This document shows positions 30,030-40,487 of a DNA stretch of 64,000 nucleotides, piece by piece. The notes beneath the pieces are model-generated. The model saw only the letters and a list, made by a program, of their open reading frames with translations, was not told where the DNA came from and ran no database searches. Position 1 is the stretch's first letter. The number at the start of each line of letters is the position of its first letter. The position numbers and the translations under genes are program-made. The DNA is from Dehalococcoidia bacterium (GTDB taxonomy: Bacteria; Chloroflexota; Dehalococcoidia; UBA2979), in NCBI GenBank assembly GCA_964291495.2, contig OZ219871.1, positions 128,001-192,000 of the forward strand. Reading direction: 5' to 3'.

Positions 30030-30455
30030 ATGAGCACGAGCGAGCAGGCAATCCGCCGCCTGATGTTCCGCTACGCGGAGCTGCAGGACGCCGCCGACTT
30101 CGACGCCGTCGCCGAGCTGTTCTCGCACGGCGTCTTCCAGCGCGGCGACGGCAAGTCGTTCCGTGGTCCGGAGGTGTCCGCGCACCGCAAGCGCTCCAAC
30201 ATCCTGCACGACGGCAACCTCGCCACGAAGCACGTCACGACGAACATCACCATCGAGGTGGACGAGGAGAGCAACGCCGCCTCGGCGGACTCGTACTACA
30301 CGGTCTTCCAGGGCACGGACGAGCTTCCGCTTGAACCGATCGTCGCCGGCCGCTACCACGATCGCTTCGAGCGCATCGACGGCGAGTGGCGCTTCCTCTT
30401 CCGCCGCTCCTACGTGGACCTCGTGGGCCGCATCGAAACGCACCGCGCCTTCTAG
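30030..30455 (+). CDS. SnoaL/NTF2-like protein
   Basis: YAELQDAADF, TKHVTTN, AGRYHDRF...GEWRF. Confidence 0.85.
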   Translation: MSTSEQAIRRLMFRYAELQDAADFDAVAELFSHGVFQRGDGKSFRGPEVSAHRKRSNILHDGNLATKHVTTNITIEVDEESNAASADSYYTVFQGTDELPLEPIVAGRYHDRFERIDGEWRFLFRRSYVDLVGRIETHRAF

Positions 30456-30489
30456 CGACGCTGCCCCAGCGGCGCTGCGCGCGGCTCCC

Positions 30490-31063
30490 TTGCCCTCCGC
30501 CCTCTCTGGCCGGGGGAGAGGGGACCGGATCCCCCCTTCCCGTCATTCCGGCGAAAGCCGGAATCCAGTCCGGAGCAGCGATCGGTTGATGCGCCCTCGG
30601 TAGGTTTGTGCGCCCTCGGAGTTCCGGCGTGCGCCTCCCTCACCCTCCGCCCTCTCCCGCGGGGAGAGGGGACCGGAGCCGGGCTCGACAGGGTCGTGCG
30701 CCGATCCGGCTCCCTCTCCTGGGGGAGAGGGTTGGGGTGAGGGGGCTCGCCGGCCGAGCTGCCGCCTCGATGGGGTGTTTGCCCCCGGAGCGCCTTGCCG
30801 GGCGGGGACGGCGGACTTCGCCCGCCCGCCCTCACCCTCCGCCCTCTCCCGCGGGGAGAGGGGACCGGAGCCGGGCTCGATAGGGCCGGTGCGCCGATCC
30901 GGCTCCCTCTCCTGGGGGAGAGGGTTGGGGTGAGGGGCTCGCCGGCCGAGCTGCCGCCTCGATGGGTGTTTGCCCCCGGAGCGCCTTGCCGGGCGGGGAC
31001 GGCGGACTTCGCCCGCCCGCCCTCACCCTCCGCCCTCTCCCTCGCGGAGAGGGGACCGGAGCC
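30490..31063. repeat. Palindromic repeat cluster including a ~192-bp tandem repeat (2.2 copies) and a CGTC-type palindrome at ~30541
   Basis: ccctcaccctccgccctctccc recurs at 30637, 30829 and 31020 with near-identical intervening sequence. Confidence 0.9.
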
Positions 31064-31533
31064 TACGGGGCGTCCTCCGGCGGCTCGTAGTCGTGGCGGA
31101 AGGCGTCGAAGCGGTTGAGCAGGTCGAGGGCGCTGCGCCGGTAGCTGAAGCGCCAGGCGCCGTCGACGTACTCGAAGCGGTCGATATAGCGCCCCGCCGC
31201 GATCGGCTGGAGCGGCAGCGCGGGCGGGCCTTGCAGGATCGTGTAGCAGGACTCGGCGCTCGCCTCGCCACGGTCGAGGTCGACCTCGATCATGAGGTTC
31301 GTCGTGACGTGGCGGGTGCGCGGCGTGCCGTCGAAGTAGGCGCGCACGTTGGCCGTGCGGCGCTCGGCGATCTCCTTGCCGCGCCAGCCCACGCCCGAGT
31401 CCGCCACGAAGTCGCCGTGCTCGAACAGCTCCGCGATGGCGTCCCAGTCCGCGGCGTCCTGCAGCTCGGCGTAGTAGTAGACGAGGTGCTCGATCTCGCG
31501 GCGCGCGGCGGCGACCGGGTCGGCGGCGCTCAC
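31063..31533 (-). CDS. SnoaL/NTF2-like protein (paralog of 30030)
   Basis: YAELQDAADW, TRHVTTN, AGRYIDRF. Confidence 0.85.
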   Translation of the reverse strand: MSAADPVAAARREIEHLVYYYAELQDAADWDAIAELFEHGDFVADSGVGWRGKEIAERRTANVRAYFDGTPRTRHVTTNLMIEVDLDRGEASAESCYTILQGPPALPLQPIAAGRYIDRFEYVDGAWRFSYRRSALDLLNRFDAFRHDYEPPEDAP

Positions 31534-32339
31534 GCTCGCTCCAGCGCCCAGGCGAAGTCGGCGAGGATCTCCTCGTAGCGCTCGTCCACGCGCTCGCGCT
31601 CACGCGGGTGCGTGATCACCCAGAAGCGGCCGGCCCGCACGGCGTCGAGCACGCGCCTGCCGACGAGCGCCGGCGACATGCGGCCGCGGCCCTCGGTGCG
31701 CAGCGCGGGCGTGACCTTGTCGGCGAGGTCCTCTGGCACGTGGCGATGCCCCTCGAACAGCCGGCTGGCGACGCCGCCCGGGCAGAGCACGGAGACGCCG
31801 ATACCGTCGTCGGCGACCTCGTGGCGGAGGCGGTCGGTGAGCGCGACGAGCGCGTGTTTGCTGGCCGCGTAGACGGCGACGTTGACGGGCGGGACGGTGA
31901 GCCCGGCCATCGACGAGGTGTTGACGATGTGCGCATCGCCAGCCTGCTCGCGCATGCGCGGAACGAACGCCTGGGCACCGTGCACCGCGCCCATCACGTT
32001 GACGCGGAACAGCCACTCCCAGTCCGCGTCAGTGCTGTCCACGATCGAGGTCTCGACGATCACGCCCGCGTTGCAGCAGAGCAGGTTGACCTCGCCGAAC
32101 TCCCCGTAGGCGCGCTCCGCGAGCGCATCCACGGCTGCCCGGTCGGAGACATCCACCTGCACGGCGATCGCCTCGACGCCGCTCGCGCGGGCCGCAGAGG
32201 CGACGCGCTCCGCGCTGTCGAGGTCGATGTCGGCGACGACGACGCGCATCCCCGCCTCGACGCAGGCGCCGACGATGCCCTGGCCGATGCCGCTGCCACC
32301 GCCGGTGACGACGGCCACCTTGCCCTCGAGTTGCTCCAT
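31530..32339 (-). CDS. SDR oxidoreductase (tandem copy 3)
   Basis: TGGGSGIG, CNAGV, NTSS, YAASK. Confidence 0.92.
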   Translation of the reverse strand: MEQLEGKVAVVTGGGSGIGQGIVGACVEAGMRVVVADIDLDSAERVASAARASGVEAIAVQVDVSDRAAVDALAERAYGEFGEVNLLCCNAGVIVETSIVDSTDADWEWLFRVNVMGAVHGAQAFVPRMREQAGDAHIVNTSSMAGLTVPPVNVAVYAASKHALVALTDRLRHEVADDGIGVSVLCPGGVASRLFEGHRHVPEDLADKVTPALRTEGRGRMSPALVGRRVLDAVRAGRFWVITHPRERERVDERYEEILADFAWALERA

Positions 32340-32349
32340 CGCCGCCGCC

Positions 32350-33162
32350 TTAGCGCTCGCTGGCCCACTCGTAGGCGGCTCGCAGAGCCTCGTAGCGCTC
32401 GTCGATCACCGCGCGGTCGTCGTCCCGCGCGTGCGTGATGATCCAGAAGCGGTCCGCCCGCACGGCGTCGAGCACGCGCCTGCCGACCTCCGCGGGCGCC
32501 ATGCCGCCCGCGCCGTCTGTGCGCGTCGCGGGCGTGACCTGGTCCGCGAGGTCCGCCGGCACGTTCCGGTGCCCCTCGAACAGCCGGGTCGTGACCCCGC
32601 CCGGGCAGAGCACGGAGACGCCGATACCGGCGTCGGCCACCTCGTGGCGAAGGCGGTCGGTGAGGGCGATAACCGCGTGCTTGCTCGCCGCGTAGGTGCC
32701 GACGTCCAGCGGCGGCACGAAGAGGCCCGCGATCGAGCCGGTGTTGACGATGTGCGCCTCGCCCTCCTGCTCGCGCATGCGCGGGGCGAACGCCTGCGCG
32801 CCGTGCACCACGCCCATCACGTTCACGCGGAACAGCCACTCCCAGTCGGCGTCAGTGCTGTCCTCGATCGTGGCCTCGATGATCACACCGGCGTTGCAGC
32901 AGAGCAGGTTGACCTCGCCGAACTCCTCGTAGGCGCGCTCGGCGAGCGCGTCCATCGCGATCCGGTCGGAGACGTCCACCTCCACGGCGATCGCCTCGGC
33001 GCCGCGCTCGCGGGCCGCCTCGGCGACGCGCTCGGCGCCCTCGAGGTCGATGTCGGCGACGACAACGCGCATCCCGGCCCCCACGCAGGCGTCAATCATC
33101 CCCTCGCCGACGCCGCTGCCGGCGCCCGTGACGACCGCCACCTTGCCCTCGAGCTGCTCCAT
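32350..33162 (-). CDS. SDR oxidoreductase (tandem copy 2)
   Basis: TGAGSGVG, CNAGV, YAASK. Confidence 0.92.
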   Translation of the reverse strand: MEQLEGKVAVVTGAGSGVGEGMIDACVGAGMRVVVADIDLEGAERVAEAARERGAEAIAVEVDVSDRIAMDALAERAYEEFGEVNLLCCNAGVIIEATIEDSTDADWEWLFRVNVMGVVHGAQAFAPRMREQEGEAHIVNTGSIAGLFVPPLDVGTYAASKHAVIALTDRLRHEVADAGIGVSVLCPGGVTTRLFEGHRNVPADLADQVTPATRTDGAGGMAPAEVGRRVLDAVRADRFWIITHARDDDRAVIDERYEALRAAYEWASER

Positions 33163-33195
33163 CCCGATCTCCTTCCGTCGGTCCCTGCGCGCCGG

Positions 33196-34014
33196 CTACC
33201 CGGCGCTCGCGGCTGCCTCGTCGAATGCGGCGAGCAGGCGCTGTGCGCGCCGCTCGATCGTGCCGCGGCGCTCCGGGTGCGTGATGATCCAGAAGCGATT
33301 CTCGCGCACGGCCTGCACCACCAGCTCTCCCACCTCGCGCGGTTGCATCCGCTCCACCTCGCGGCGCTCCTGGACCGGCGGCGTGACGCGGCCGCGCAGC
33401 TCCTCGGGCAGGTTGCGATCGGCGGCGAACAGCTGCGTCGCCACCCCGCCGGGGCAGAGGATCGAGACGCCGATGCCGTCGGCCTCGAGCTCGTTGCGCA
33501 GCGTCTCGGAGAGGCCGAGGACGGCGTGCTTCGTCGCGCAGTAGACGCCGACCTCGACCGCGCGGGTGGCCGAGATGCTGGACATCGAGCCGGTGTTGAC
33601 GATGTGCGCCTCGCCGCCCTGCTGGCGCATCCGCGGCACGAACGCCTGGATGCCGTGCACCACGCCGAAGAGGTTGACGCCGAACAGCCACTGCCAGTCG
33701 CCCGGCGTGGTCGAGGCGATCTCGCCCACCGAGATCACGCCGGCGTTGTTGCACAGCAGGTGGACGGCGCCGAAGGCCTCGTACGCGTCGGCGGCGAGCG
33801 CGTCGAGGGCGTCCGGGTCCGTCACGTCCGTCTGCACGGCGATCGCCTCGGCGCCCGTCTCGCGCAGCGCGTTCGCGACGCGCTCGGCCTGGTCTGCCTC
33901 GATGTCCGCGATCACGACGCGCATCCCGGCGTCCGCGCAGGCGGTGGCGATGCCCTCGCCGATGCCGCTGCCGCCGCCGGTGACGACGGCCACCTTGCCT
34001 TCGAGTTGCTCCAC
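33196..34014 (-). CDS. SDR oxidoreductase (tandem copy 1)
   Basis: GTG start (MEQLEGKVAVV); TGGGSGIG, NNAGV, YCATK. Confidence 0.9.
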   Translation of the reverse strand: MEQLEGKVAVVTGGGSGIGEGIATACADAGMRVVIADIEADQAERVANALRETGAEAIAVQTDVTDPDALDALAADAYEAFGAVHLLCNNAGVISVGEIASTTPGDWQWLFGVNLFGVVHGIQAFVPRMRQQGGEAHIVNTGSMSSISATRAVEVGVYCATKHAVLGLSETLRNELEADGIGVSILCPGGVATQLFAADRNLPEELRGRVTPPVQERREVERMQPREVGELVVQAVRENRFWIITHPERRGTIERRAQRLLAAFDEAAASAG

Positions 34015-34103
34015 GAGCGCCTCCCTGCTCCGCGCGCGATGCGCGCCGGGCGGATTGTACGCGGCCATCCTCGATGGAACCCGTGAGGGGGCCGGAGCGG
34101 GAG

Positions 34104-35744
34104 TCAGTTCGCGCCGTAGACCTCGGTGTCGGGGTAGAAGGCGTACCAGCCGAACCAGTAGGCGAGGTGCCCGTTGATGCGCTCGAGGCGTTCGCCGCCG
34201 GGGCCGACGAGCGCCTCCTCGGTCACTCGCCACGCCCCGCCCTCGGCGTCGAGCAGCGCGTCGGGGCCGTCACCGGGCGTGAAGAAGCGGTCGCGCTCGA
34301 AGGCCCGCACCTCGCCGCCGGAGTCGTAGACGACCGGGCCGATGCGCTCGTTGGTGCCCTCGGTCTGGACCTCGCCCCGCGCGGCGACGAGGACGACGGG
34401 TTGATCGCCGACGGCGTCGTTGACGACGCGCTCCTTCGCGATCGCGGTCAGCCGGTAGGCCTTGCGATCGCCCCCGATGCGGAGGCCGTAGACGAAGTTC
34501 TTGAGGGACAGCTCGTTGCTCTCGATCCAGACCGGGAACATCGTGGTGCTCTCGGCGAAGTACTCGCCGTAGGCCGCGCCGGCCTCGTAGGGGCGGTAGT
34601 AGCCGGTGTTGATGTCGATCACGTCGGTCTCGGGATGCTGGGCGAGCCAGTCCTCCCAGGTGGTGAGCACGACCGGGAGCAGGTTGAGCTGGAGCGGATT
34701 TCCGTCGGTGTCCGTGGCGCCGACGAGCTCGCCGAGCACGGGCTTTCCGGTGAACTGGTTCCAGAGCGTGGCCGTGAGGCGATCGTACATCAGCTTGTTG
34801 CTGCGGTAGAGGAAGCCCGAGGTGCCGAACGTGTACATCTCGCCGTTCGGCGCGCGGCCGTCGTAGGCGATGCCCGCGCCGCAGAGCGTGCAGTAGGCGA
34901 GCGAGAAGGGCACGCCTCCGACGATGTCGTTCGTCATCTCGTGCCAGTCCATGATGCGTAGCGGGTAGGCGCGCGCCTCGCCGTTGATGAAGATCCCGAA
35001 CACCGCCTCCTGCGGACCGAGCCAGTCCGCCTCCGCGGGCGCGATCGTGCGCGGCAGGTCGAGCGGCGGGATGCCGTCGACGCGCACTCCGCCCCAGACG
35101 ATTTCCTCGACGCGGATCGCCGAGGCGTGCTGATCGTCCAGGAAGTCCCGGAAGCGCTCGTCGATGTTCGCGTACAGACGGCCCTTCCAGCCCAGATAGC
35201 CCGGCGGCGGAGCCAGCTCGGTCGCGCCGTACCACCTCAGCCAGCTGAAGTAGTCGTAACCGATCGTCTCGCCGGTGAGCAGGTCGAGGGCGTCTCCGTA
35301 CTCGAAGCGATCGGGCCCCACCGAGATCAGGCGGGCGAGGCGCGCGAACAGCATGTCGACCAGCACGGCGACGAAGCGCTGGTCCTCGGCGGCCACGATG
35401 CGCCACAGCGCCTCGCGGGGCGGCCCGTCCACCGGTGAGTGAATGAAGGCGTTCATCAGGTTGGCCGCCTCGCTGTCGGAGATCGGCCCGGCGTCGACGC
35501 CGGGAGGCACCTCGAAGGCGGGCCTGGGCGTGGGCGTCGGCCTGGGTGTGCGCGTGGGCGTCGCGACCTCCGCGGTCGGCGTTGCCGTCGCGACCGACGG
35601 GCCGGCGGTGGGCGTCGCCGCCGGCGTTCCCGGCGCTGCGGTCGCCGTCGCGGGTGCGCCGTCGTCGCGCTCGTCGCCACAGGCAACGAGGCAGGCCGCG
35701 GCGAAGAGGGCGAGCGCGGAGAGCAGAGCCTGACGACGCTGCAT
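34104..35744 (-). CDS. DUF3179-family lipoprotein (Cys form, CxxC)
   Basis: Lipobox LVAC, Pro/Thr linker, [38 protein letters not shown]. Confidence 0.8.
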   Translation of the reverse strand: MQRRQALLSALALFAAACLVACGDERDDGAPATATAAPGTPAATPTAGPSVATATPTAEVATPTRTPRPTPTPRPAFEVPPGVDAGPISDSEAANLMNAFIHSPVDGPPREALWRIVAAEDQRFVAVLVDMLFARLARLISVGPDRFEYGDALDLLTGETIGYDYFSWLRWYGATELAPPPGYLGWKGRLYANIDERFRDFLDDQHASAIRVEEIVWGGVRVDGIPPLDLPRTIAPAEADWLGPQEAVFGIFINGEARAYPLRIMDWHEMTNDIVGGVPFSLAYCTLCGAGIAYDGRAPNGEMYTFGTSGFLYRSNKLMYDRLTATLWNQFTGKPVLGELVGATDTDGNPLQLNLLPVVLTTWEDWLAQHPETDVIDINTGYYRPYEAGAAYGEYFAESTTMFPVWIESNELSLKNFVYGLRIGGDRKAYRLTAIAKERVVNDAVGDQPVVLVAARGEVQTEGTNERIGPVVYDSGGEVRAFERDRFFTPGDGPDALLDAEGGAWRVTEEALVGPGGERLERINGHLAYWFGWYAFYPDTEVYGAN

Positions 35745-35824
35745 CGGGTGCACCTCGATCGCGTGAACGTTGCCCAACCAGCGTATGAGCGCGCGCAGGC
35801 GGCGCGCCAGCGCGGCCGCGGCTG

Positions 35825-36685
35825 CTACGCGCCGTCGAGGACCTCAAGCGCCTCGCGCACCATCGCCTCCACCCACTCGGGGCGCTCCAGCGGCGCGAAG
35901 TGCCCGCTGCCCTCGGCCACCCACTCGTAGGCGCGCCGCGGCTGCGAGGCGGCCTCGGGGTCCGTCGTCGAGTGGAGGCCACGCGAGCCGGCGCCGCGGC
36001 CGATCCAGACGGGGCAGTCGAGCTCCGGCAGGGCTGACCACAGCTCGGCCGTGCCGCCTCCGGTGAACACGGCCGCCTCGGTCTCGCGTGCGCAGGCGAG
36101 CTGCACCGTCCCGTCGTTGCCGACCGCACGCAGGCCGGAGTCGACGAACCCCGCGAAGACCTCGGGGTGCCAGGCGTCGTAGGGGGAGCGGGCGCGCAGA
36201 TGCTCGGCGGCGGCCGTGCGGCTGGGCCATTCGTAGCGGCGGCGCAGCGCGACCTCGACCATCTGGTTCGCGTTCCCGCCGCTCGGCCCGCTCGGCGGCT
36301 TCAACGGCGCCTCGATCAGCAGGAGCGCGTCGACGAGGTCCGGACGCTCCAGCGCGAGCAGGGCGCCGACGCCCCCGCCGAGCGAGTGCCCGGCGATCAC
36401 GAGCCCGGACCAGCCCTCGAGGCCCGCGAGCCGCTCGACGTCGTCCGCCATCTCGGCCCAGCGCGCGACCGGGAGGTCGCAGCGCGAGGCGCCGTGGCCG
36501 CGCAGGTCGAGCGCGATCGGGCGGCAGGCATCGGTCAGGGCGGCGGCGGTGGGCCGCCAGACGCCGCGCGTGAAGCCGGTGGCGTGCAGGAACAGCACCG
36601 GACGCAGGCGCTCGCCCTCCCACTCGTCGAGGACGAGCACGGCCTCGCCGAGGTCCACCTCGCGCGTGCGATAGGTCGCGCTCAC
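35825..36685 (-). CDS. Alpha/beta hydrolase
   Basis: FLHATGF, DLRGHG, GHSLGG, GHFAPLE. Confidence 0.88.
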   Translation of the reverse strand: MSATYRTREVDLGEAVLVLDEWEGERLRPVLFLHATGFTRGVWRPTAAALTDACRPIALDLRGHGASRCDLPVARWAEMADDVERLAGLEGWSGLVIAGHSLGGGVGALLALERPDLVDALLLIEAPLKPPSGPSGGNANQMVEVALRRRYEWPSRTAAAEHLRARSPYDAWHPEVFAGFVDSGLRAVGNDGTVQLACARETEAAVFTGGGTAELWSALPELDCPVWIGRGAGSRGLHSTTDPEAASQPRRAYEWVAEGSGHFAPLERPEWVEAMVREALEVLDGA

Positions 36686-36700
36686 GACGTCACCGGCGGC

Positions 36701-36922
36701 TCATCCGGACCGCGCGGCGGGGCGGCCGATTCGCAGCGAGTGAAGCAGCTGGTGCGTCGCGGCGGCGACCTGGTCGACGGCGGTGTCGAAGGCCTCGGCG
36801 TTGTGCGCGGCGGGCTGGCGGAAGCCACTCACCTTGCGCACGAACTGCAGTGCGGCGGCTTCGATCTCCTCGTCGCCGGCGAGTTGGGCGCCCTCGCGAA
36901 GGGTCTTGATGCTCCTGCACAT
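36701..36922 (-). CDS. DUF2277 family protein
   Basis: MCRSIKTL...AAALQFVRKVSG. Confidence 0.85.
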   Translation of the reverse strand: MCRSIKTLREGAQLAGDEEIEAAALQFVRKVSGFRQPAAHNAEAFDTAVDQVAAATHQLLHSLRIGRPAARSG

Positions 36923-36959
36923 GCGCGGAGGGTAGCAGGCGCGGGGCGACCGTCCAGCC

Positions 36960-38186
36960 TCAGGCGGCGGCGTCCTCGGGGGGCGCGAGCTCGCGGTCGC
37001 CGGCGCGGCGCCAGAGCAGCCAGGAGACGACGGCGACGGCGAGCAGCAAGGTGCTGGCTCCGGCGAGCGCGTGGCCGAGGGCGATGCGGGAGACGAGGGC
37101 GCTGAGCGAGAGCATGAGGAAGATCGTCGTGAACTGCGCTGCGAACTGCTGGAGCGAGAGCGCCGTGGCCCGCTCGCTGTCCGGCACGCGCCGCGAGATG
37201 TAGACGGTGCTGATGGGGTGCAGCGCGTTCTGCGCGAAGGGCGCGAGCCCGAACAGCGGCACGAACCAGAGCATGCCCCCGCTGCCGCCGAGCAGGGAGA
37301 GCGCCCCGACGACGGGCAGCACCAGCAACGCCCACCCGACCCCGAGCTGCCGCGAGAACCAGTTCGCGCTCCACCCGCCGGTCGCCGCGACCAGCATCAT
37401 CGCCGCCGCTACCCAGCCGAACGCGCCCACCGGCACCTCGTAGCCGATCAGCACCGGCTGCCACACGGTGAACGCGGCGAATCCGGCCACCCAGGGGAGC
37501 GCGCCCAGCGTCGCCGCCCAGCGCAGCGAGGGCGCGCGCAGCACGCGGCGCGCGGCGGAGAGTCCAGTGCCGAGGAAGGACGCGGCCGGGCCGCCCGGCT
37601 CCCGCGGAGGCTCATCGAGGCGCCACGCGAGGCCGGCGGCCGTAAGCGAGAGGACGCCGCTGGCGGCGATCGGCCAGGACAGCGGCGTGACCGTCGCCAT
37701 CAGGCCTCCGATGATCGTGAAGCCCGCAACCGCGAGCGTCATCATCGCGTTGAGCCGGCCGGCCACCGCCGGGAACTCGCGCACGCGGCCTACCGCGCGC
37801 AGCGCGTCGAACAGGTAGGCGTCGTCCGCGCCGCTCATCAGCGCGGCGCCGATGCCGAAGAGCACGTAGGCGGCAAGCAGGACCGGTAGCCAATCGGCAA
37901 GGGCGAAGACGATGAACCCGGCCGAGATCAGGAATGACCCCGAGAGCATGCTGATCCGCCGACCGTAGCGATCGGCGACGACGCCCGTGGGCACCTCGGA
38001 CAGCAGCAGGCTCGTGAAGAAGACGGCGTCGAAGAGCAGTGCGTGCGCGACCGTCAGGCCGCGCGTCTCGACCAGGTAGACGAACCAGATCGCCTCGCCG
38101 AGCCAGGCCCAGCGCAACACCCACCAGTACGGCAGCAGCCGCAGGCTGCGCTCCATGCGCGCGTCGGTGGGTGGAGACTCCTGCAT
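36960..38186 (-). CDS. MFS transporter
   Basis: EVPTGVVADRYGRR, SGADDA, RATALS; many TM segments. Confidence 0.88.
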   Translation of the reverse strand: MQESPPTDARMERSLRLLPYWWVLRWAWLGEAIWFVYLVETRGLTVAHALLFDAVFFTSLLLSEVPTGVVADRYGRRISMLSGSFLISAGFIVFALADWLPVLLAAYVLFGIGAALMSGADDAYLFDALRAVGRVREFPAVAGRLNAMMTLAVAGFTIIGGLMATVTPLSWPIAASGVLSLTAAGLAWRLDEPPREPGGPAASFLGTGLSAARRVLRAPSLRWAATLGALPWVAGFAAFTVWQPVLIGYEVPVGAFGWVAAAMMLVAATGGWSANWFSRQLGVGWALLVLPVVGALSLLGGSGGMLWFVPLFGLAPFAQNALHPISTVYISRRVPDSERATALSLQQFAAQFTTIFLMLSLSALVSRIALGHALAGASTLLLAVAVVSWLLWRRAGDRELAPPEDAAA

Positions 38187-38210
38187 CGGGCGACCGCGCG
38201 CCCGGGCGCG

Positions 38211-38678
38211 CTACTCGCAGCAGGCCGGGTCGTCGCAGACCCCGGGCACGCCGGAGGTCGGGACGATCTCGATCATCGCCGGCTCGTCGTCGGTCACGGT
38301 GTAGACCTCCCAGGCGAGGCCGTCCGGGTCGCTGACCCAGACCTTGTCCTGCTCGGCGTGGCAGCAGACGACGCCGTCCTCGACGCGCGTCTCGAGGCCG
38401 GCCGCGCCGAGCCGTCGCGTCTCCGCGATGACGCGCTCCGTGCTGAACACCTCGACGCCGATGTGGTTGAGGGCCTCGCCGCCCGCCTGCTCGATCAGCA
38501 CCAGCTTGAGCGGCGGATCGGCGACCTCGAAGTTCGCGTAGCCGGGCCGCAGCTTGTGCGGCTCGGTGCGGAACAGCTCCGCGTAGAACGCGACCGCGGC
38601 GTCGAGGTCGGAGACGTTGAGCGCCAGCTGTACGCGGGATTCCGGGGCGACGGAGCTGGTCTCGTGGGTGGTCGTCAT
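38211..38678 (-). CDS. ArsI/CadI-family VOC metalloenzyme
   Basis: RVQLALNVSDL, PGYANF, LNHIGVEV, CCHAEQDKVWV.DPDG..WEVY. Confidence 0.88.
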   Translation of the reverse strand: MTTTHETSSVAPESRVQLALNVSDLDAAVAFYAELFRTEPHKLRPGYANFEVADPPLKLVLIEQAGGEALNHIGVEVFSTERVIAETRRLGAAGLETRVEDGVVCCHAEQDKVWVSDPDGLAWEVYTVTDDEPAMIEIVPTSGVPGVCDDPACCE

Positions 38679-38770
38679 GATCGCCTCCCTTGGTGGCGGG
38701 TGCGCGCGATGTCTCGATCGATGATCGCCCAATCGCCGCCGGGATGCGAGCGCCTTGCAGCGGGAGACGG

Positions 38771-39928
38771 CTACGGCGCCTCGCGGCCGAGCAGGACCAC
38801 GTCGGTGAAGAGCGCGCCCGCGCCGCCGTTGGTGCACATTGCGACCTCGGCGCCCTCGACCTGGCGGTTGCCCGCCTCGCCGCGCAGTTGCTTGGTGCCG
38901 GAGATCACTTTCTGCAGCAGCTGGGCCGTGCCGGGGTGGGCGAACGACATCGTGCCGCCGTCGGTGCAGACCGGGAACTCGCCGCCGACGCGGATGCGGC
39001 CGTCCATCACGAACGGGCCGCCCTCGCCGGGACCGCAGAAGCCATAGGTCTCGAACTGGCGGATGATCTCGAACGAGAACGGGTCGTAGAACTCGCACAC
39101 GTCGATGTCGGACGGCCCGAGGCCGCAGGCCTCGAACGCCTGCCTCGATGAGTACGACCCGACATCGCCCGTGACGTGCCAGAGCGGCCCGGCCACGTAG
39201 GCCTGCCCGCGCGAGTCGAGCCCGCCGCCGAGGATGTGGATCGGCGTGACGTCGAGGTCGCGCGCGCGCTCGGCGGTGGTGAGCACCATCGCGGCGCCGC
39301 CCTCGCTGGTCATCGCGCAGTCGAGCAGGTGGAACGGGTCGGCGATCATCGCCGAGTTGAGCACGTCGTCGGGCGTGATCACGCGTCCCGTGTAGACCGC
39401 GTCCGGGTTCATCCCGCCGTGCGTGCGGATCGCCGAGGCGACCTCGGCGAGGTGTTCGGGCTTCGTGTCGTACATGTGCATGTGGCGCTGGGCGATCAGC
39501 GCGAACTCGGCGGCGGTGTAGAGGCCGAAGCACTCGACGAACTCGTTCGATGGCCGCGTCCAGGGCGCGGTCGAAGCGCGCTCCGTGTAGGCGCCGGCCT
39601 GGCCGTTGCCGACGACGACGGTGTTGGCGTACCCGGCGGCGATGGCGGCGGCCGCCTGCAGTACCGCGGGGATGCCCATGTTCGCGACGCCCACCCACGT
39701 CGCCCGCCCGCCGAGCTGGTGCACCCACTGGCGCTGCCCGCCGCCACCGCCGGTGCCGGTGCTGACGTTGACGCCGTCGATGTCGGAGACCTGGAGGCCG
39801 GCGTCGGCGATCGCGCCCTTCACCGCGTCGAGGGTGATCGAGAAGGAGCTGTGCTCGTTGAGGTAACGCGACTGCACCGTGTTGTACGCGCCGACGATCA
39901 CGACGTCATGCAGATCCTTGCGCGGCAT
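38771..39928 (-). CDS. Thiolase-superfamily protein
   Basis: PFHLLDC...EGGAA, FYDPFS, TDGGTMSFAH, C-terminal CTNGGAGALF. Confidence 0.88.
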   Translation of the reverse strand: MPRKDLHDVVIVGAYNTVQSRYLNEHSSFSITLDAVKGAIADAGLQVSDIDGVNVSTGTGGGGGQRQWVHQLGGRATWVGVANMGIPAVLQAAAAIAAGYANTVVVGNGQAGAYTERASTAPWTRPSNEFVECFGLYTAAEFALIAQRHMHMYDTKPEHLAEVASAIRTHGGMNPDAVYTGRVITPDDVLNSAMIADPFHLLDCAMTSEGGAAMVLTTAERARDLDVTPIHILGGGLDSRGQAYVAGPLWHVTGDVGSYSSRQAFEACGLGPSDIDVCEFYDPFSFEIIRQFETYGFCGPGEGGPFVMDGRIRVGGEFPVCTDGGTMSFAHPGTAQLLQKVISGTKQLRGEAGNRQVEGAEVAMCTNGGAGALFTDVVLLGREAP

Positions 39929-40055
39929 AGCGGCTCCGTCATCAACTCGGCGGCGGGTTCGTGGCCGTCATGCTAGCCGTACCAGCGCGCAGCATCGAGC
40001 CGGGCGCGCTGGCGGCATGCACGCACCAGCGGGACAATGACCCGCGGGAGGCGAG

Positions 40056-40487
40056 ATGAGCGACCGCGACACCGACCTGCAACGCAACGCCGAGGCGACC
40101 GCACGCCTGCGCAACCTCGTCGAGCGCCTCGATGCTGCCGACCTCGATCGGTCGCTGGGTGGGGGCTGGACGGTGGCGTTCGCCCTCGTGCACCTCGCCT
40201 TCTGGGACGCCCGCCATGACGCCGCGCTGCAGGTCTACGTGGGCGGCGAGGCGTTCCCGGGTGACGACGAGGCAACCAACGCGACACTGGAATCGATCGT
40301 TGGCCTGTTCGACCCCAACGCCGCCGGCCCCACCGCCGTCGAGGCAGCCGAGCGACTCGACGCGACCTCGAGGGGCCTCTCGGTCGAGCAGCGCTCCGCG
40401 CTGCGCGATGCGGGACAGGAGTACGCGTTCCGCCGCTGGCCCCACCGCGAGGAGCACGTCGCCCAAATCGAGGCGGTGCTCCCGTAG
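40056..40487 (+). CDS. DinB/MDMPI-like protein
   Basis: WTVAFALVHLAFWD, HREEH. Confidence 0.75.
   Translation: MSDRDTDLQRNAEATARLRNLVERLDAADLDRSLGGGWTVAFALVHLAFWDARHDAALQVYVGGEAFPGDDEATNATLESIVGLFDPNAAGPTAVEAAERLDATSRGLSVEQRSALRDAGQEYAFRRWPHREEHVAQIEAVLP

Noticed and set aside
30637-31063. CRISPR array
   Set aside because: Units are ~192 bp and near-identical throughout, with no unique spacers and no cas genes
34104-35744. DUF3179 protein as a selenoprotein
   Set aside because: The CTLC motif uses Cys codons and the ORF is uninterrupted
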